Shown: positions 50,770-63,949, numbered from the stretch's first letter. The stretch: 64,000 nucleotides of DNA from Octopus bimaculoides (GCF_001194135.2 NC_068982.1:54116683-54180682), one strand, 5' to 3'. Notes: generated by a model from the sequence alone, not told the origin. Translations and numbers: made by a program.

Positions 50770-51440
50770 GAAGAGACTCAAACAGAGTGAGTGGCGTCTG
50801 GAATGTTACCACTGATAGAGCGAGAGATGTGAAATGGTTCCGAGAGGTGGCCATTAAGTTTGACGACCGAGCAGATACCGCAGTGAACTGCAGCGATCCG
50901 ACCACTGAGGACAGCCTCCGTCCCGGTTGCGTTGGTCTACCCTATCGAATGCTTTCGATTGATCTAAATTGATCAGAGCCCCACCGAAGCCAGGTTTACA
51001 CCCTACCTTTTCTACTAGTTGCAGTAGAGCGCTTCGAGGAGATCGGAGAACAAGTCTGGCATATTCACATAAAGCTCATTGGGCAGACCATCCAAACCAG
51101 GTGACTTGCGCCTCATGAATTTTGGCGTAGACGGCCACCAGTCTAAACACACCGCTTTCGCTATTGCTCACATCCAGGACCACCAACTTACCGCCCGGGT
51201 CCCGAAAGATCAACCTTACCTCAACATCTAGTTCTTTCTTAAACAGCGCTGCCACTCCACCTCCCATTCCCGGCCGACTAACAGATGCAAAGATTTGATA
51301 ATCGTCGAAAATGGGGACTAGTGTGCGTGTATTGGACATCCTGGTCTCATTGACAGCAATTACATCAAATTCTAAAGACTTGAAGTCGTTGAGCAGGCGC
51401 CCCCTACTTCCAAGGCGACCCCAGGCCTCAAACATTTATA
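50770..51440 (-). pseudogene. Tx1/L1-clade LINE with multiple internal deletions
   Basis: APE N-terminus (DVIAVNETR..GGGVAALF..DPGGKLVVLDV..RLVAVYA) joined to KSPGLDGLPNELY and then NLDQSKAFDRVD. Confidence 0.85.
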
Positions 51441-51514
51441 CTTCCTACTCTTAATATGGCCATGTTGGCAAGCTATAAAAGAGAGAGGAAACGTTTAATA
51501 ATAATAATAATTAT

Positions 51515-51949
51515 TATTATTATTATTTCTACTCTAGGCACAGGCCCTTGAAAATTTGGGGGTAAGGGGGCTAGTCGATTATATCGATCCCAGTGAGTAA
51601 CTCGTACTTATTTCATCGAACCCGAAAGGATGAAAGGCAAAGTCGAGCTCAGCAGAATTTGGGCTCAGAACGTAGCGGCAGACGAAATGCCGCTAAGCAT
51701 TTCGCCCGGCGCCCACCCCACCTCCAAATTTTAAATAGTAGTTTGAAATTTTGCTTCAATGGCAGCAATTTGGGGGGGAGGTGATGAGTCGATTACATCG
51801 GCCCAGTGTTCAGCTGGTACTTATTTTATCGATCTCTAAAGGATGAAAAGTAAAGTCGACCTCGGCGGACTTCGAACTCAGAACGTAGCGACGGGCGAAA
51901 GACCGCTAAGCTTTTCGTCCAGCGCGCTAACGGTTCTGCCAGCTCGCCG
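51515..51949 (-). mobile_element. Two tandem SINE family B copies with different 3' tails
   Basis: ~51515-51712 and ~51745-51949, both with aggatgaaa.g.aaagtcga.ctc. Confidence 0.88.
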
Positions 51950-52079
51950 GTTTGATATCAGAGCGTAAATGCAGCATTTATTCCTTCTCTTTACGTTCTG
52001 AGTTGAAATAGCACCGATATTAACTTTACTTTCACCTCTCTGGAGTTGACAAAGTAATTTTTTTTTTTTCGTTCTGTAG

Positions 52080-52780
52080 CTGACTTGTCGAATGCAGGTG
52101 CCAGAAGTGGCACCTCTGGCCATGACCACTGGTAATCCGCGTGACGATCGATGCAGTATGAGTTTCTGGAATGATCTATAGTCATGACTAGTCTTTCGAT
52201 AGCTCAGTATAATCATCACGTCAGTTGATGATCGCAGTATTTCTCTAACTGATCTGGTTGACCCTGGCCATTGATCTGTTTTGGATTTCTCTGGTCAGCA
52301 TCTTGTGCACTTTACCGTTCACTAAGTTGACAGTTCTTCTGCAAAGGTTTCACACCTGTTACGCTGCTCCTCACGCAGGTAACCACAGCCCCGTTTGCCA
52401 GTTTGCGTTCAACATCAATCTGCCCGCAATGGGTGAGTGACCCTGCCAGATTACCGGAAGCGATCTTCCTGTCCATGGCCGGAGCAGGAAAAAGTCTCCT
52501 CTGTCATCTGACAGTATAGCTTAATGAGGTAATCCCAGACTGTTGCCACCACCACAAGAACTATGATGAGGGTTGGAATTTGTCGTGAGATGAAATAAAG
52601 TGATAGTCAAATGCAGGGATTGATCTTATAAACAAATTACAACGTTCACTAAACACACCGCTATCTCCGTAGCGGCCCTTGACAATTGCCGCACTCTTGT
52701 CAACTCACGTCTCCAAAAGAGACGCTATGGCCTAAGCTAAAACCAACTGACTTAGTACAGTCATTGAGACAAATATATAT
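52080..52780 (-). mobile_element. Possible Gypsy-type LTR retrotransposon relic
   Basis: NPKQING (cf. HPQ.NG) and ILSYRKTSH (cf. LAYRTTPH) on the minus strand; ~200 bp segment 52581-52780 bounded by TGTC...GACA. Confidence 0.3.
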
Positions 52781-53087
52781 ATATATATACAAACAAATTG
52801 GTAAATAAAGAAACCAAAATAGCTTCATATGTAGTTATTTAAGTTAATCGTTCATCAAAAACAAAAGGCAATGATTCAGGGAAGTCATAGCAAGATTTCC
52901 CAGGAGAGAATAATTGTCTCTCACATAAAATGTTTAATACACGGCATTCAAGTAAAACTGAAACAATGCAGAATTGTGTACTGCAAGTAAATGGACACAA
53001 TAAAGCTACTTGCGAATTCACAGCACACATTTTTCTACTTCAGAACTGTATGTACTTAGTCATTAGCCATATATCCCATACAACCTC

Positions 53088-53165
<78 letters not shown>

Positions 53166-53175
53166 NNNNNNNNNN

Positions 53176-53254
<79 letters not shown>

Positions 53255-53334
53255 TAACCACTATTTGCACAAACACACCGTTACCAAAACAATTATAGAT
53301 ACATTATATAATTATTATATACATACATGTCTGG

Positions 53335-53364
<30 letters not shown>

Positions 53365-53366
<2 letters not shown>

Positions 53367-53572
53367 TCTTTTACTTGTTTCAGTCATTTGACTGCGGTCA
53401 TGCTGGAGCACCGCCTCTAGTCGAGAAAATCGACTCCACAACTTATTCTTTGTAAGCCTAGTACTTATTCTATCGGTCTCTTTTTGCCGAACCGCTAAGT
53501 TACAGGGACGTAAACACACCAGCATCGGTTGTCAAGCGATGGTGGGGGGGACAAACACAGACACACAAACAC

Positions 53573-53575
<3 letters not shown>
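53365..53575 (-). mobile_element. SINE family A, 3' half, young
   Basis: ttcttttacttgtttcagtcatttgactgcgg...gccgaaccgctaagttac.gggacgtaaacac. Confidence 0.9.
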
Positions 53576-53618
<43 letters not shown>

Positions 53619-53899
53619 GGATCGCATAAATTGTAATTCTTCGAAACATATGTCGGAATAAAAGTATGCAGTTATAATATGCGTTTACTCCATTCTTTAA
53701 ATTTATATATATATAGAGAGAGAGAGAGATGCAGTTTCTTTACTCTTCTAATTTTTTTTCACTCATTGGACTGAGGTCATGCTGGAGCACTGGTTTGAAG
53801 GGCTCCGTCAAAGAAATCGAATTCAGCATTTATCTACCCGACGCTTATGTCGAACCGTTAAGTAACGGTGACGTAAACAAACCAACACGGGAAGATTTT

Positions 53900-54250
53900 A
53901 GCAGGGTGGTTGGACTTCATGCAATCTGTGAACCAGAGAATCTTGAGATATTACACGTGACCATGAATCTTCTCCATACTAAAAAGAGCATTGTGCTATA
54001 TAGATTTTTCAATGTGTTTTTCTGTTACCATACATCGACATGTTCCAATCAACTTGTTTAATCATTAGCGGCCTTAAATGACGGATTTATATATTTAGCT
54101 GAAGAAGCGTAACAACGCAGAAACGCATGGCTACTATTGTCCGGTGACGGCCTAGTAGTGTGTTTACAACCATATTGTCTATAAAGAGACAACCTGTGCA
54201 ACATGTCCGAAGGTACACAAACATATTGATAAGTGCGTAAATGATCATAT
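53900..54250 (+). mobile_element. Possible Penelope-like 3' end with hammerhead-like core
   Basis: LEILH peptide, then ctgaagaa-gcgt-aaca-acgc-agaaac at ~54099-54125; ends at (TA)n. Confidence 0.4.
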
Positions 54251-54269
54251 AGGTATATATATATATATA

Positions 54270-54640
54270 ATACAAAATGGGACAAGAACGCAAAATATCC
54301 AGACAGTTAGGTGATACAAGAAAGGGACAACAAAACATCCAGATAGGCAATACAAAGAAAACTAGGACAGGTCATTCGGAGTTTTCTTTCATCAGTCGAG
54401 TTCCAGATTATCTTTGCAATTTCGGCTGGTTATACTCGAGATTGCTCCAAGGAAAAACTAAGCTAAGAGCATTAGATTCCTTGGAAGAAAGCAGCGAATG
54501 TATATGAAAACAAGGATGAGGAAAAAACGGAGAATGTTACGCAAATACAAATAACAGGACATAACAACAGGTATCTTTCGACTAAGGACGAATTAAATTA
54601 AGCTGGCGTGTATGGAAATAAAACCTTACGGCATGGGAGT
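54270..54640 (-). mobile_element. Second copy of the 5369-5760 repeat
   Basis: Direct similarity; minus-strand CTGATGA core at 54389-54395. Confidence 0.75.
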
Positions 54641-54736
54641 AATAAAGATTTATAAGTGTCGATTCATTACGGCCGTTTCGAGCAACCCCTTTCGCTCGAA
54701 ACCGCCGTAAAGAATTGACACTTATACATCTTTGTT
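54641..54736. repeat. 43-bp inverted repeat (38/43 match) with 10-nt spacer
   Basis: aataaagatttataagtgtcgattcattacggccgtttcgagc / gctcgaaaccgccgtaaagaattgacacttatacatctttgtt. Confidence 0.92.
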
Positions 54737-55119
54737 ACTCATTTATATATTACTCACTTAACCTGGAATCTGCATTCCGGAATTATTTAGAAAGTACCTT
54801 TATATAAAGTACATATCTGAACAAAGAAGAGTGAATTAATTTTGGATCGTGCCATCTGAAAACAGTGCATGAATATCGGGTGAAAAAACTTCTGTGTAAC
54901 TTTTGATACTCACCGATATTGTTTGCGTGTGCAAATAAGTTAACAAGGTGCCTCAATTAACGTACCTAATTCAACTAAATGTATATATATATAGATATAT
55001 ATATAGTAACTTCCCCCACCCCCCCAAAAAAACGAACAAACACAAAAAAACAAGAACGCGTTGGATGTGTTGTGTGTGTGTGTGTTATTGTATATGTGTT
55101 TGATACACACACGTGTACA

Positions 55120-55315
55120 CCACTTGGTAACCGATGTCGGTGTGTTTACGTCCCCGTTACCTAGCGGGTCTGCAAAAGAAATGTATAGAATAAGTACCAG
55201 GCTTAAAAACAAAATAATAAATACCAGGGTCGATTCGTTCGACTAAAATTCTTCAAGGTGGTGCCCCCAGCATGGCCGCAGTCTAATGGCTGAAACAAGT
55301 GAAAGACAAAAGATG
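55120..55315 (+). mobile_element. SINE family A, 3' half
   Basis: gtgtttacgtccccgttacctagcgg...cagcatggccgcagtctaatggctgaaacaagt. Confidence 0.85.
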
Positions 55316-55361
55316 AAATATATTCATATAGACACACTGTCACTTAACGGCTTTCCCATTA

Positions 55362-55392
<31 letters not shown>

Positions 55393-55744
55393 CGTGTGTG
55401 TATGTATGCATGTATGTATGCATGTATGTATGTATGTATGTATGTATGTATGTATGCTTGTATGAAGATTCCCTGCCAGAAACTCTCTCACACCCATACG
55501 TGACAAGAAGTATATGTCGCCAGACCTTTCTCTTAGTGACGCTTCATATTGTAATTTGCCAGTCATAACAATCCAATTCAATATCGTTCAACTTAACATC
55601 CACGCCTCTCACCTTCCTCCCTTCCTTCCCTCCCCCTCCCCCTCTTTTTTTCCTATGTCTCTGTCTCCCTTTCTCCCGTCTCTCTCTGTCACCTCTCTCT
55701 CTCTGTCTCTTTCTCTCTCTCTCTGTCACCACTCTCTATCTCTC

Positions 55745-55799
<55 letters not shown>

Positions 55800-56926
55800 N
55801 NNNNNNNNNNNNNNNNNNNNNNNNNNNNNNNNNNNNNNNNNNNNNNNNNNNNNNNNNNNNNNNNNNNNNNNNNNNNNNNNNNNNNNNNNNNNNNNNNNNN
55901 NNNNNNNNNNNNNNNNNNNNNNNNNNNNNNNNNNNNNNNNNNNNNNNNNNNNNNNNNNNNNNNNNNNNNNNNNNNNNNNNNNNNNNNNNNNNNNNNNNNN
56001 NNNNNNNNNNNNNNNNNNNNNNNNNNNNNNNNNNNNNNNNNNNNNNNNNNNNNNNNNNNNNNNNNNNNNNNNNNNNNNNNNNNNNNNNNNNNNNNNNNNN
56101 NNNNNNNNNNNNNNNNNNNNNNNNNNNNNNNNNNNNNNNNNNNNNNNNNNNNNNNNNNNNNNNNNNNNNNNNNNNNNNNNNNNNNNNNNNNNNNNNNNNN
56201 NNNNNNNNNNNNNNNNNNNNNNNNNNNNNNNNNNNNNNNNNNNNNNNNNNNNNNNNNNNNNNNNNNNNNNNNNNNNNNNNNNNNNNNNNNNNNNNNNNNN
56301 NNNNNNNNNNNNNNNNNNNNNNNNNNNNNNNNNNNNNNNNNNNNNNNNNNNNNNNNNNNNNNNNNNNNNNNNNNNNNNNNNNNNNNNNNNNNNNNNNNAG
56401 AGAGAGATAGAGAGGGAGAGAGAGAGAGAGAGAGAGAGAGGGACATATATTTACACAAACTCACACTTTCACAAAACTTAAATACACTGGGAGCCGGATA
56501 CACGCTCATACACAAAGAGCGAGCGAGCAAGAGAGACAGAGAGAGAGAGAGAGATGGAGAGAGAGAGATAAGGAGAGAGAGAGGAGGAAAGAGAGATAGA
56601 AGGAGAGAGAGAAGGAGTGAGAGAGAGAAAGAAATAGAAAAAGCTACATAGAGATGCATTCACACAACCTCACACTTTCACATAAACAAACGCATACATA
56701 GAGATAGAGATACACACACACATACAGAGCGAGCGGGAAAGAGAGTGAGAGAGAGAGTGAGAGAGAGAGAAAGACTCACTTTCAGAGGTACATAAACATA
56801 CACGCACTGTTACATGCACTCATACGTAAGCATACATACTTATACAAATACACACACACACATTTACTATCACACGTGTACTCAAATTTCACATTCACCG
56901 ACCCAAACCAGCATACAACCGTAAAT

Positions 56927-56995
<69 letters not shown>

Positions 56996-57957
56996 NNNNN
57001 NNNNNNNNNNNNNNNNNNNNNNNNNNNNNNNNNNNNNNNNNNNNNNNNNNNNNNNNNNNNNNNNNNNNNNNNNNNNNNNNNNNNNNNNNNNNNNNNNNNN
57101 NNNNNNNNNNNNNNNNNNNNNNNNNNNNNNNNNNNNNNNNNNNNNNNNNNNNNNNNNNNNNNNNNNNNNNNNNNNNNNNNNNNNNNNNNNNNNNNNNNNN
57201 NNNNNNNNNNNNNNNNNNNNNNNNNNNNNNNNNNNNNNNNNNNNNNNNNNNNNNNNNNNNNNNNNNNNNNNNNNNNNNNNNNNNNNNNNNNNNNNNNNNN
57301 NNNNNNNNNNNNNNNNNNNNNNNNNNNNNNNNNNNNNNNNNNNNNNNNNNNNNNNNNNNNNNNNNNNNNNNNNNNNNNNNNNNNNNNNNNNNNNNNNNNN
57401 NNNNNNNNNNNNNNNNNNNNNNNNNNNNNNNNNNNNNNNNNNNNNNNNNNNNNNNNNNNNNNNNNNNNNNNNNNNNNNNNNNNNNNNNNNNNNNNNNNNN
57501 NNNNNNNNNNNNNNNNNNNNNNNNNNNNNNNNNNNNNNNNNNNNNNNNNNNNNNNNNNNNNNNNNNNNNNNNNNNNNNNNNNNNNNNNNNNNNNNNNNNN
57601 NNNNNNNNNNNNNNNNNNNNNNNNNNNNNNNNNNNNNNNNNNNNNNNNNNNNNNNNNNNNNNTATATATATACATATATATATATAAACACACATACACA
57701 CAAATGGACACAGACACACACAGACACACACAGACACACATACACAACTGTTCACACACAAATATCCACATACAAAACACATAGGTTGGCTCATTCTCAT
57801 TCACATACATTCACAAACTCAGCCACAAATACACACATACATACGCACATATATAACCCGTTGTACGATCTATATCGATACTATCGCAACAAATCGAAAT
57901 TCTGTTTATCAGTAGTTTCTTGGAAGACAGATCATGATTAATACAAAACCTTGTTTA

Positions 57958-57996
<39 letters not shown>

Positions 57997-58273
57997 CTTA
58001 ATATAAGAAATAACTACGTATATACGGCATACTGACATCAGAGCACACACAAATATATTAAATTGTAGGTTACGTTGATGATGGCTACTGATTTATGAGT
58101 AGGTATTTTCCGGAAAACACCAGCTTGTGACTCATTGCTTTACGTCATCTTATCTACTTTCAAAACATACTGCAGGCGTTAGCTTATGTTTAGGAAGTTC
58201 GCCACCTTGCAATAACATATTTCTGTTTTTGATTTCACAGCGTGACACTATCAGTAAGTATCTCATCCTATAG

Positions 58274-58594
58274 TACTGGTACTCAACCATTTTTTTTATC
58301 TAGGGACCCCTTTGATAAATATTTTCCTCTGATGGATCCCCATAGCTATTCGATATTTAAAAACTAGTGTTATAGATACTTCTTTCAAAATTCTTATTTT
58401 GCTGTTCACAATTTAACTTTTGTAGGTTGAACTATGTAAAACGTAAGAGAAAAATATCTTGCTGTTTCTTACAATGAATAACTAAAGCACAATGTTTTCG
58501 TTAACCCTTAAAATATTACTGTGGGTAACCAATTTGCTATTTTCCTTGCATGGACCCCAATAAATCTTATATGGACCCCGGTTGAGAACTTCTG
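58274..58594. mobile_element. hAT (Charlie/MER5-like) MITE
   Basis: TIRs tactggtactcaacc and ggttgagaacttctg; subterminal ggacccc motifs; degenerate 8-bp TSD tcctatag/tccaataa (6/8). Confidence 0.7.
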
Positions 58595-58636
58595 TCCAAT
58601 AACATCAAGTTAACCCAAACTTTTGTGAGTGGAATT

Positions 58637-59026
58637 GTTATTGTTGTTGGCACTCCGTCGCTTACGACGTCGAGGGTTCCAGTTGATCCGATCAACAGAA
58701 CAGCCTGCTCATGAAATTAACGTGCAAGTGGCTGAGCACTCCACAGACACGTGTACTGCTAACGTAGTTCTCGGGGATATTCAGCGTGACACAGTGTGAC
58801 AAGGCTGACCCTTTGAATTACAGGCACAACAGAAACAGGAAGTAAGAGTGAGAGAAAGTTGTGGTGGAAGAGTACAGCAGGGTTCGCCACCATCCCCTGC
58901 CGGAGCCTCGTGGAGCTTTAGGTGTTTTCGCTCAATAAGCACTCACAACGCCCGGTCTGGGAATCGAAACCGCGATCCTATGACCGCGAGTCCGCTGCCC
59001 TAACCACTGGGCCATTGCGCCTCCAC
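58637..59026 (-). mobile_element. SINE family C, intact and young
   Basis: Full head with TCG (Arg) anticodon-like loop, (CAA)-type tail; 13-bp TSD tgtgagtggaatt at 58624-58636 and 59027-59039. Confidence 0.95.
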
Positions 59027-59571
59027 TGTGAGTGGAATTAGCTTGACAGAAATTCTACACCGAGTAGCCTATTAGTTAAACTGTTCTGGATTTTGCTTGG
59101 AATAGGCTTAATTGGTTCAACGTGACTACTTGACCCTTTGATGCATTCAGTAAAATCTCTTCTGCTGCAGGCGTTCAGATCAAATATCATGTTTGATGTC
59201 CATTCATTATCCTGATGCACTACCTACTATTACGGAAATTTCCGAGTCGATGTTTCTTCCTCTCTTTTTCCACACTGGTCTTGGAATCCTCACAAAAAGT
59301 TTCAGAGAGCAAATATTTTTCCAAGTAATAAAATATACATTAATAAATCAACTGATTCCGGAAATATTGCAATTATCTAATTAAAACCATTTCATTTGCG
59401 CTGTGTATTCATGAAATACTTTTCTCTCTAAAAACATCTTATCGGCTCTGGAATTTTGAAATCTCTATGTTATCACCCCGAGATAAATAGACAATTTGAC
59501 TCCCTTGTAATAAAGCGCAAATATTCATGGCCACAAACATGCCTTAGGTATTGATATTACCTGATATATTG

Positions 59572-59772
59572 CTTTCAAATTTTGGCAAAAGGCCAGCAAT
59601 TTCGGAGGAGCAGTTAAGTCGATTACCTCAACCACAGTGCTTGACTGGTACTTATTTTACCTACCCCGAAAGGATACTCGGCTAAGTCCTCGGCGGAATT
59701 TGAACTGAGAATTTAAAGACAGACGAAATGCCACTAAGCACTTTGTCCGTCGTGCTAAAGATTCTGCTAACT
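59572..59772 (-). mobile_element. SINE family B
   Basis: ggccagcaatttc...gtcgattac...ctggtacttatttt...cctcggcggaatttgaact. Confidence 0.82.
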
Positions 59773-60398
59773 CACAGGGTTATTGTACAAGTCAAAGCGT
59801 GCTGTTTTAGGGAAAAAGGATTTACGATACAGTCATTAAAGAAGAGTAGTGCGCTTGCTCGTTTACAGGGTCAACTTGATTGATGGGATAGAGAGAAGAA
59901 ATTGTCCTCAAACTGGAGACGTGATCCGAAGATTTACAACAGAGTGAACTCTCCTAAAAGTTACTTTCGATATCAACTGATGTGTTAAGCCGGGTAAGAG
60001 TTTATATCGATCGAACACAAACGCAAAAAGTGTCACGATACAGTAATGCGTTCGATGCTCTAACTTTTACGCCATTCCCGGTACACTGGAAGTACAAAGA
60101 CTAAGTTATACCTCAACGCCAATTCCAATTCTTTATCATTTGTAACCCTAACCACAAATTCTCATCTCCGGTCACTACACGAATGAAATATTCTTACAAT
60201 CATCAAATTGCTGTGCTCGATCCTGTTAGGAAAATCAAGCAAAATTTAAATCTCTTTTATCTTCTACTTAATTCAGTCAATGAACTACGGTCATACTGGA
60301 GCACTGCCTTGAAGGGTTTTAGCCAAAGAGATTAACCCTTGTACTTACTCTTAAGCTCAAATCCTATTCTAACGGTCTCTATTGCCGAACCGCTGTTA

Positions 60399-60444
<46 letters not shown>

Positions 60445-60447
60445 TGC

Positions 60448-60830
60448 AGACATAACTGTGTGATACGAAGCTTGCTTCTCAATCACATGTTTCCGAGTTC
60501 AGTCCCACATCGTGGCACCATGAGCAAACGTCTTATACTACGGCCTCGATGTGAACCAAAACCTTGTGAGTGGATTTGGTAGATGGAAACTGAAAAAAAG
60601 CTTGTCGTGTGTGTGTGTGTGTTTGTCTATGTTTGTTCCTCACTACTTTTTAACAACCGGAGTTGGTGTGTTTATATCCCCGTAATTTAATGGTTTAGCG
60701 AAAGCGATTGGTAGAATAAGTATCAGGCATTAAATAACAAAGTACTGGGGTCGATTTGTCTAAAATTTCTTGAAGGTGTTGCCCCAGCATGACCGCAATC
60801 TTATGACTGCAACAAGTAAAAGATAAAAGA
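60448..60830 (+). mobile_element. SINE family A, full length, diverged (plus a short minus-strand 3' piece at ~60260-60400)
   Basis: Both halves with a short (TG)n core. Confidence 0.82.
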
Positions 60831-61099
60831 TATTTTATTTTGCAGCTCTTTATTGTGGCCTGTAATGGATTTAGAAAAATGTGATGTAGTCGCCAATGGC
60901 AATTTTTAAAGCTCCCGTTTTACTTTAAATAACAATAGCAACTCAGCATGGCTGCCAATGCACAGCAGTAAACAATGAGAGTAGCATCTACGCGTTTAAT
61001 CGACCAGCTAGAAGCAGTAGCCATAGCTCTCGTATGAAACAATACCAACTTAAAAAGAGAAATGTGCCAAACGTCACAAACCTAGTAAGCATCATCTTC

Positions 61100-61133
61100 A
61101 CCACCACTACCACCACTAATACCACCACCACTA

Positions 61134-61190
<57 letters not shown>

Positions 61191-61500
61191 GTCAACAGCA
61201 ACACCATCACCATCATCACTACCAACACAAACACCATCATCGTCATTATCATCATCATCATCATCATCAACAGCAACACCATCACCATCATCATCATCAC
61301 TACCAACACAAACACCATCATCATCATTATCATCATCATCGCATTATCATCGTCCACCTCCTCTTCGCTACCACCACCAACATCATCATCAGCATCATCA
61401 TCAACATCATCATCATCGTAACCACCACCGTCCTACCAGGAACAATGACAACAACAACAACAACAACAACAACAACATCACCATGATCATCGTTGTCATC
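61100..61500. repeat. (CAT)/(CAC)/(CAA) compound microsatellite
   Basis: Direct reading; ~75 bp sub-block duplicated. Confidence 0.95.
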
Positions 61501-61676
61501 GTTGTCATCATAGTCTTCCTCGCTGTCATTGTCATGATGACAATTTCTCAACCCGAAAATAGTAACATCAACAAACAGCAAGAGGTCCCCCACGTCATTC
61601 CACGTTTAACCTTGACAGAGTTTCCCAGGGTAGTGTGTGTGCGTGCGTGCGTGAGAGAGAGAGAGAGAGAGAGAGA

Positions 61677-61729
<53 letters not shown>

Positions 61730-62585
61730 NNNNNNNNNNNNNNNNNNNNNNNNNNNNNNNNNNNNNNNNNNNNNNNNNNNNNNNNNNNNNNNNNNNNNNN
61801 NNNNNNNNNNNNNNNNNNNNNNNNNNNNNNNNNNNNNNNNNNNNNNNNNNNNNNNNNNNNNNNNNNNNNNNNNNNNNNNNNNNNNNNNNNNNNNNNNNNN
61901 NNNNNNNNNNNNNNNNNNNNNNNNNNNNNNNNNNNNNNNNNNNNNNNNNNNNNNNNNNNNNNNNNNNNNNNNNNNNNNNNNNNNNNNNNNNNNNNNNNNN
62001 NNNNNNNNNNNNNNNNNNNNNNNNNNNNNNNNNNNNNNNNNNNNNNNNNNNNNNNNNNNNNNNNNNNNNNNNNNNNNNNNNNNNNNNNNNNNNNNNNNNN
62101 NNNNNNNNNNNNNNNNNNNNNNNNNNNNNNNNNNNNNNNNNNNNNNNNNNNNNNNNNNNNNNNNNNNNNNNNNNNNNNNNNNNNNNNNNNNNNNNNNNNN
62201 NNNNNNNNNNNNNNNNNNNNNNNNNNNNNNNNNNNNNNNNNNNNNNNNNNNNNNNNNNNNNNNNNNNNNNNNNNNNNNNNNNNNNNNNNNNNNNNNNNNN
62301 NNNNNNNNNNNNNNNNNNNNNNNNNNNNNNNNNNNNNNNNNNNNNNNNNNNNNNNNNNNNNNNNNNNNNNNNNNNNNNNNNNNNNNNNNNNNNNNNNNNN
62401 NNNNNNNNNNNNNNNNNNNNNNNNNNNNNNNNNNNNNNNNNNNNNNNNNNNNNNNNNNNNNNNNNNNNNNNNNNNNNNNNNNNNNNNNNNNNNNNNNNNN
62501 NNNNNNNNNNNNNNNNNNNNNNNNNNNNNNNNNNNNNNNNNNNNNNNNNNNNNNNNNNNNNNNNNNNNNNNNNNNNNNNNNNNNN

Positions 62586-62634
<49 letters not shown>

Positions 62635-63319
62635 TCAAATATATGTATGTGTATTATGTATGTATGCATGCACGTATGCATGTATAGGTAAAAAGTAGAT
62701 TGGTATATTTTCATATATGTACGCATACACATAAACACACACACGAACACGTGTATGTGTGTTTGTGTGTATTTAGCTCTATACATACACATATATATTA
62801 TATGTGTGTTTGTGTGTATCCTGCTTAACACAAACTTTTAACCCTTTTTTTAAACCTAACAAAACTCTCAACCCTCAGGCATCCTTATTTTTCCTACCAA
62901 TTTATACATGAACTACTATTGAACTACAAAAGCTCAAAGACAATATAATGTATGGGTATATTTATTTTTTTTATATATTATTGTTTTATATATTATTTTC
63001 TTCATTTTGTACTTTTTTGTACTTCTTTGTAAAAAAACATTTTCATTCTCCTTCTTCTTGATAATTTGCTTCATCGCAATGAAAACCGGTTAGAAAAAAT
63101 CTTTATTAAACTATGCTCCCAGTTCAGCATTCTTGCTTTTTTTCATTTTCCTATTATTTCTCCACGTGCGGTTAACACAACCCCACTATTTACTGACTTN
63201 NNNNNNNNNNNNNNNNNNNNNNNNNNNNNNNNNNNNNNNNNNNNNNNNNNNNNNNNNNNNNNNNNNNNNNNNNNNNNNNNNNNNNNNNNNNNNNNNNNNN
63301 NTATGGATATATTGGTATT

Positions 63320-63350
<31 letters not shown>

Positions 63351-63772
63351 TTATGTATTTATGTATGTATCTGTATTTATGTTCAAGTATGTATGTATGT
63401 CGTTGTTCAGTTTTATTTCAAGATTTCTTGCCAATAGAGAAAGAACCGGTTTCTAACCTAGAGCCAAGGCTCCTTCATTGGAATTTCAGCATCAACAACA
63501 GAGTATTTTTGTTTGTATGTATGTATATGTGCAGATTTGTATGTTTTGCTTTATGTATGTATTCTCATGCATATACTTACATATCTAGACATGCTCATAT
63601 ATATTTAAATGTTAAACTTCTGGAAAGTTTTGCATATTTTTACAGTTCTGGTGATGGTTTGGATCTGTAGTCTTCAAATCAGCTTTCTCCTTTCTGGTTT
63701 TGAGAAGCCTAATTTCTCAAGATTGGTATTTAGGCAGTGTGTCACATATCAAAGGGCCCCAATAATTACAGG

Positions 63773-63803
<31 letters not shown>

Positions 63804-63872
63804 TATCCATATGTGTGTATGTTTGTATGTATGTATGTAAGTAATATTCATGTTTGTATGTAATATCCATAT

Positions 63873-63949
63873 GACAGACAGACAGACAGACATGCAGACA
63901 CACAGACAAACAGATAGATAAATAGAAGATAGATAGCTAGCTAGCTAGC

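Noticed and set aside
58950-59026. tRNA-Arg(UCG)-like sequence (also 32124 and 45166)
   Set aside because: It is the head of SINE-C; it continues into the SINE body and is flanked by TSDs, so it is not a tRNA gene.
61034-61486. 150-aa His/Thr-rich ORF, and similar poly-L, poly-V and poly-M ORFs at 5997, 24226 and 43773
   Set aside because: These are translations of trinucleotide microsatellites, with no non-repeat coding context or splice evidence.
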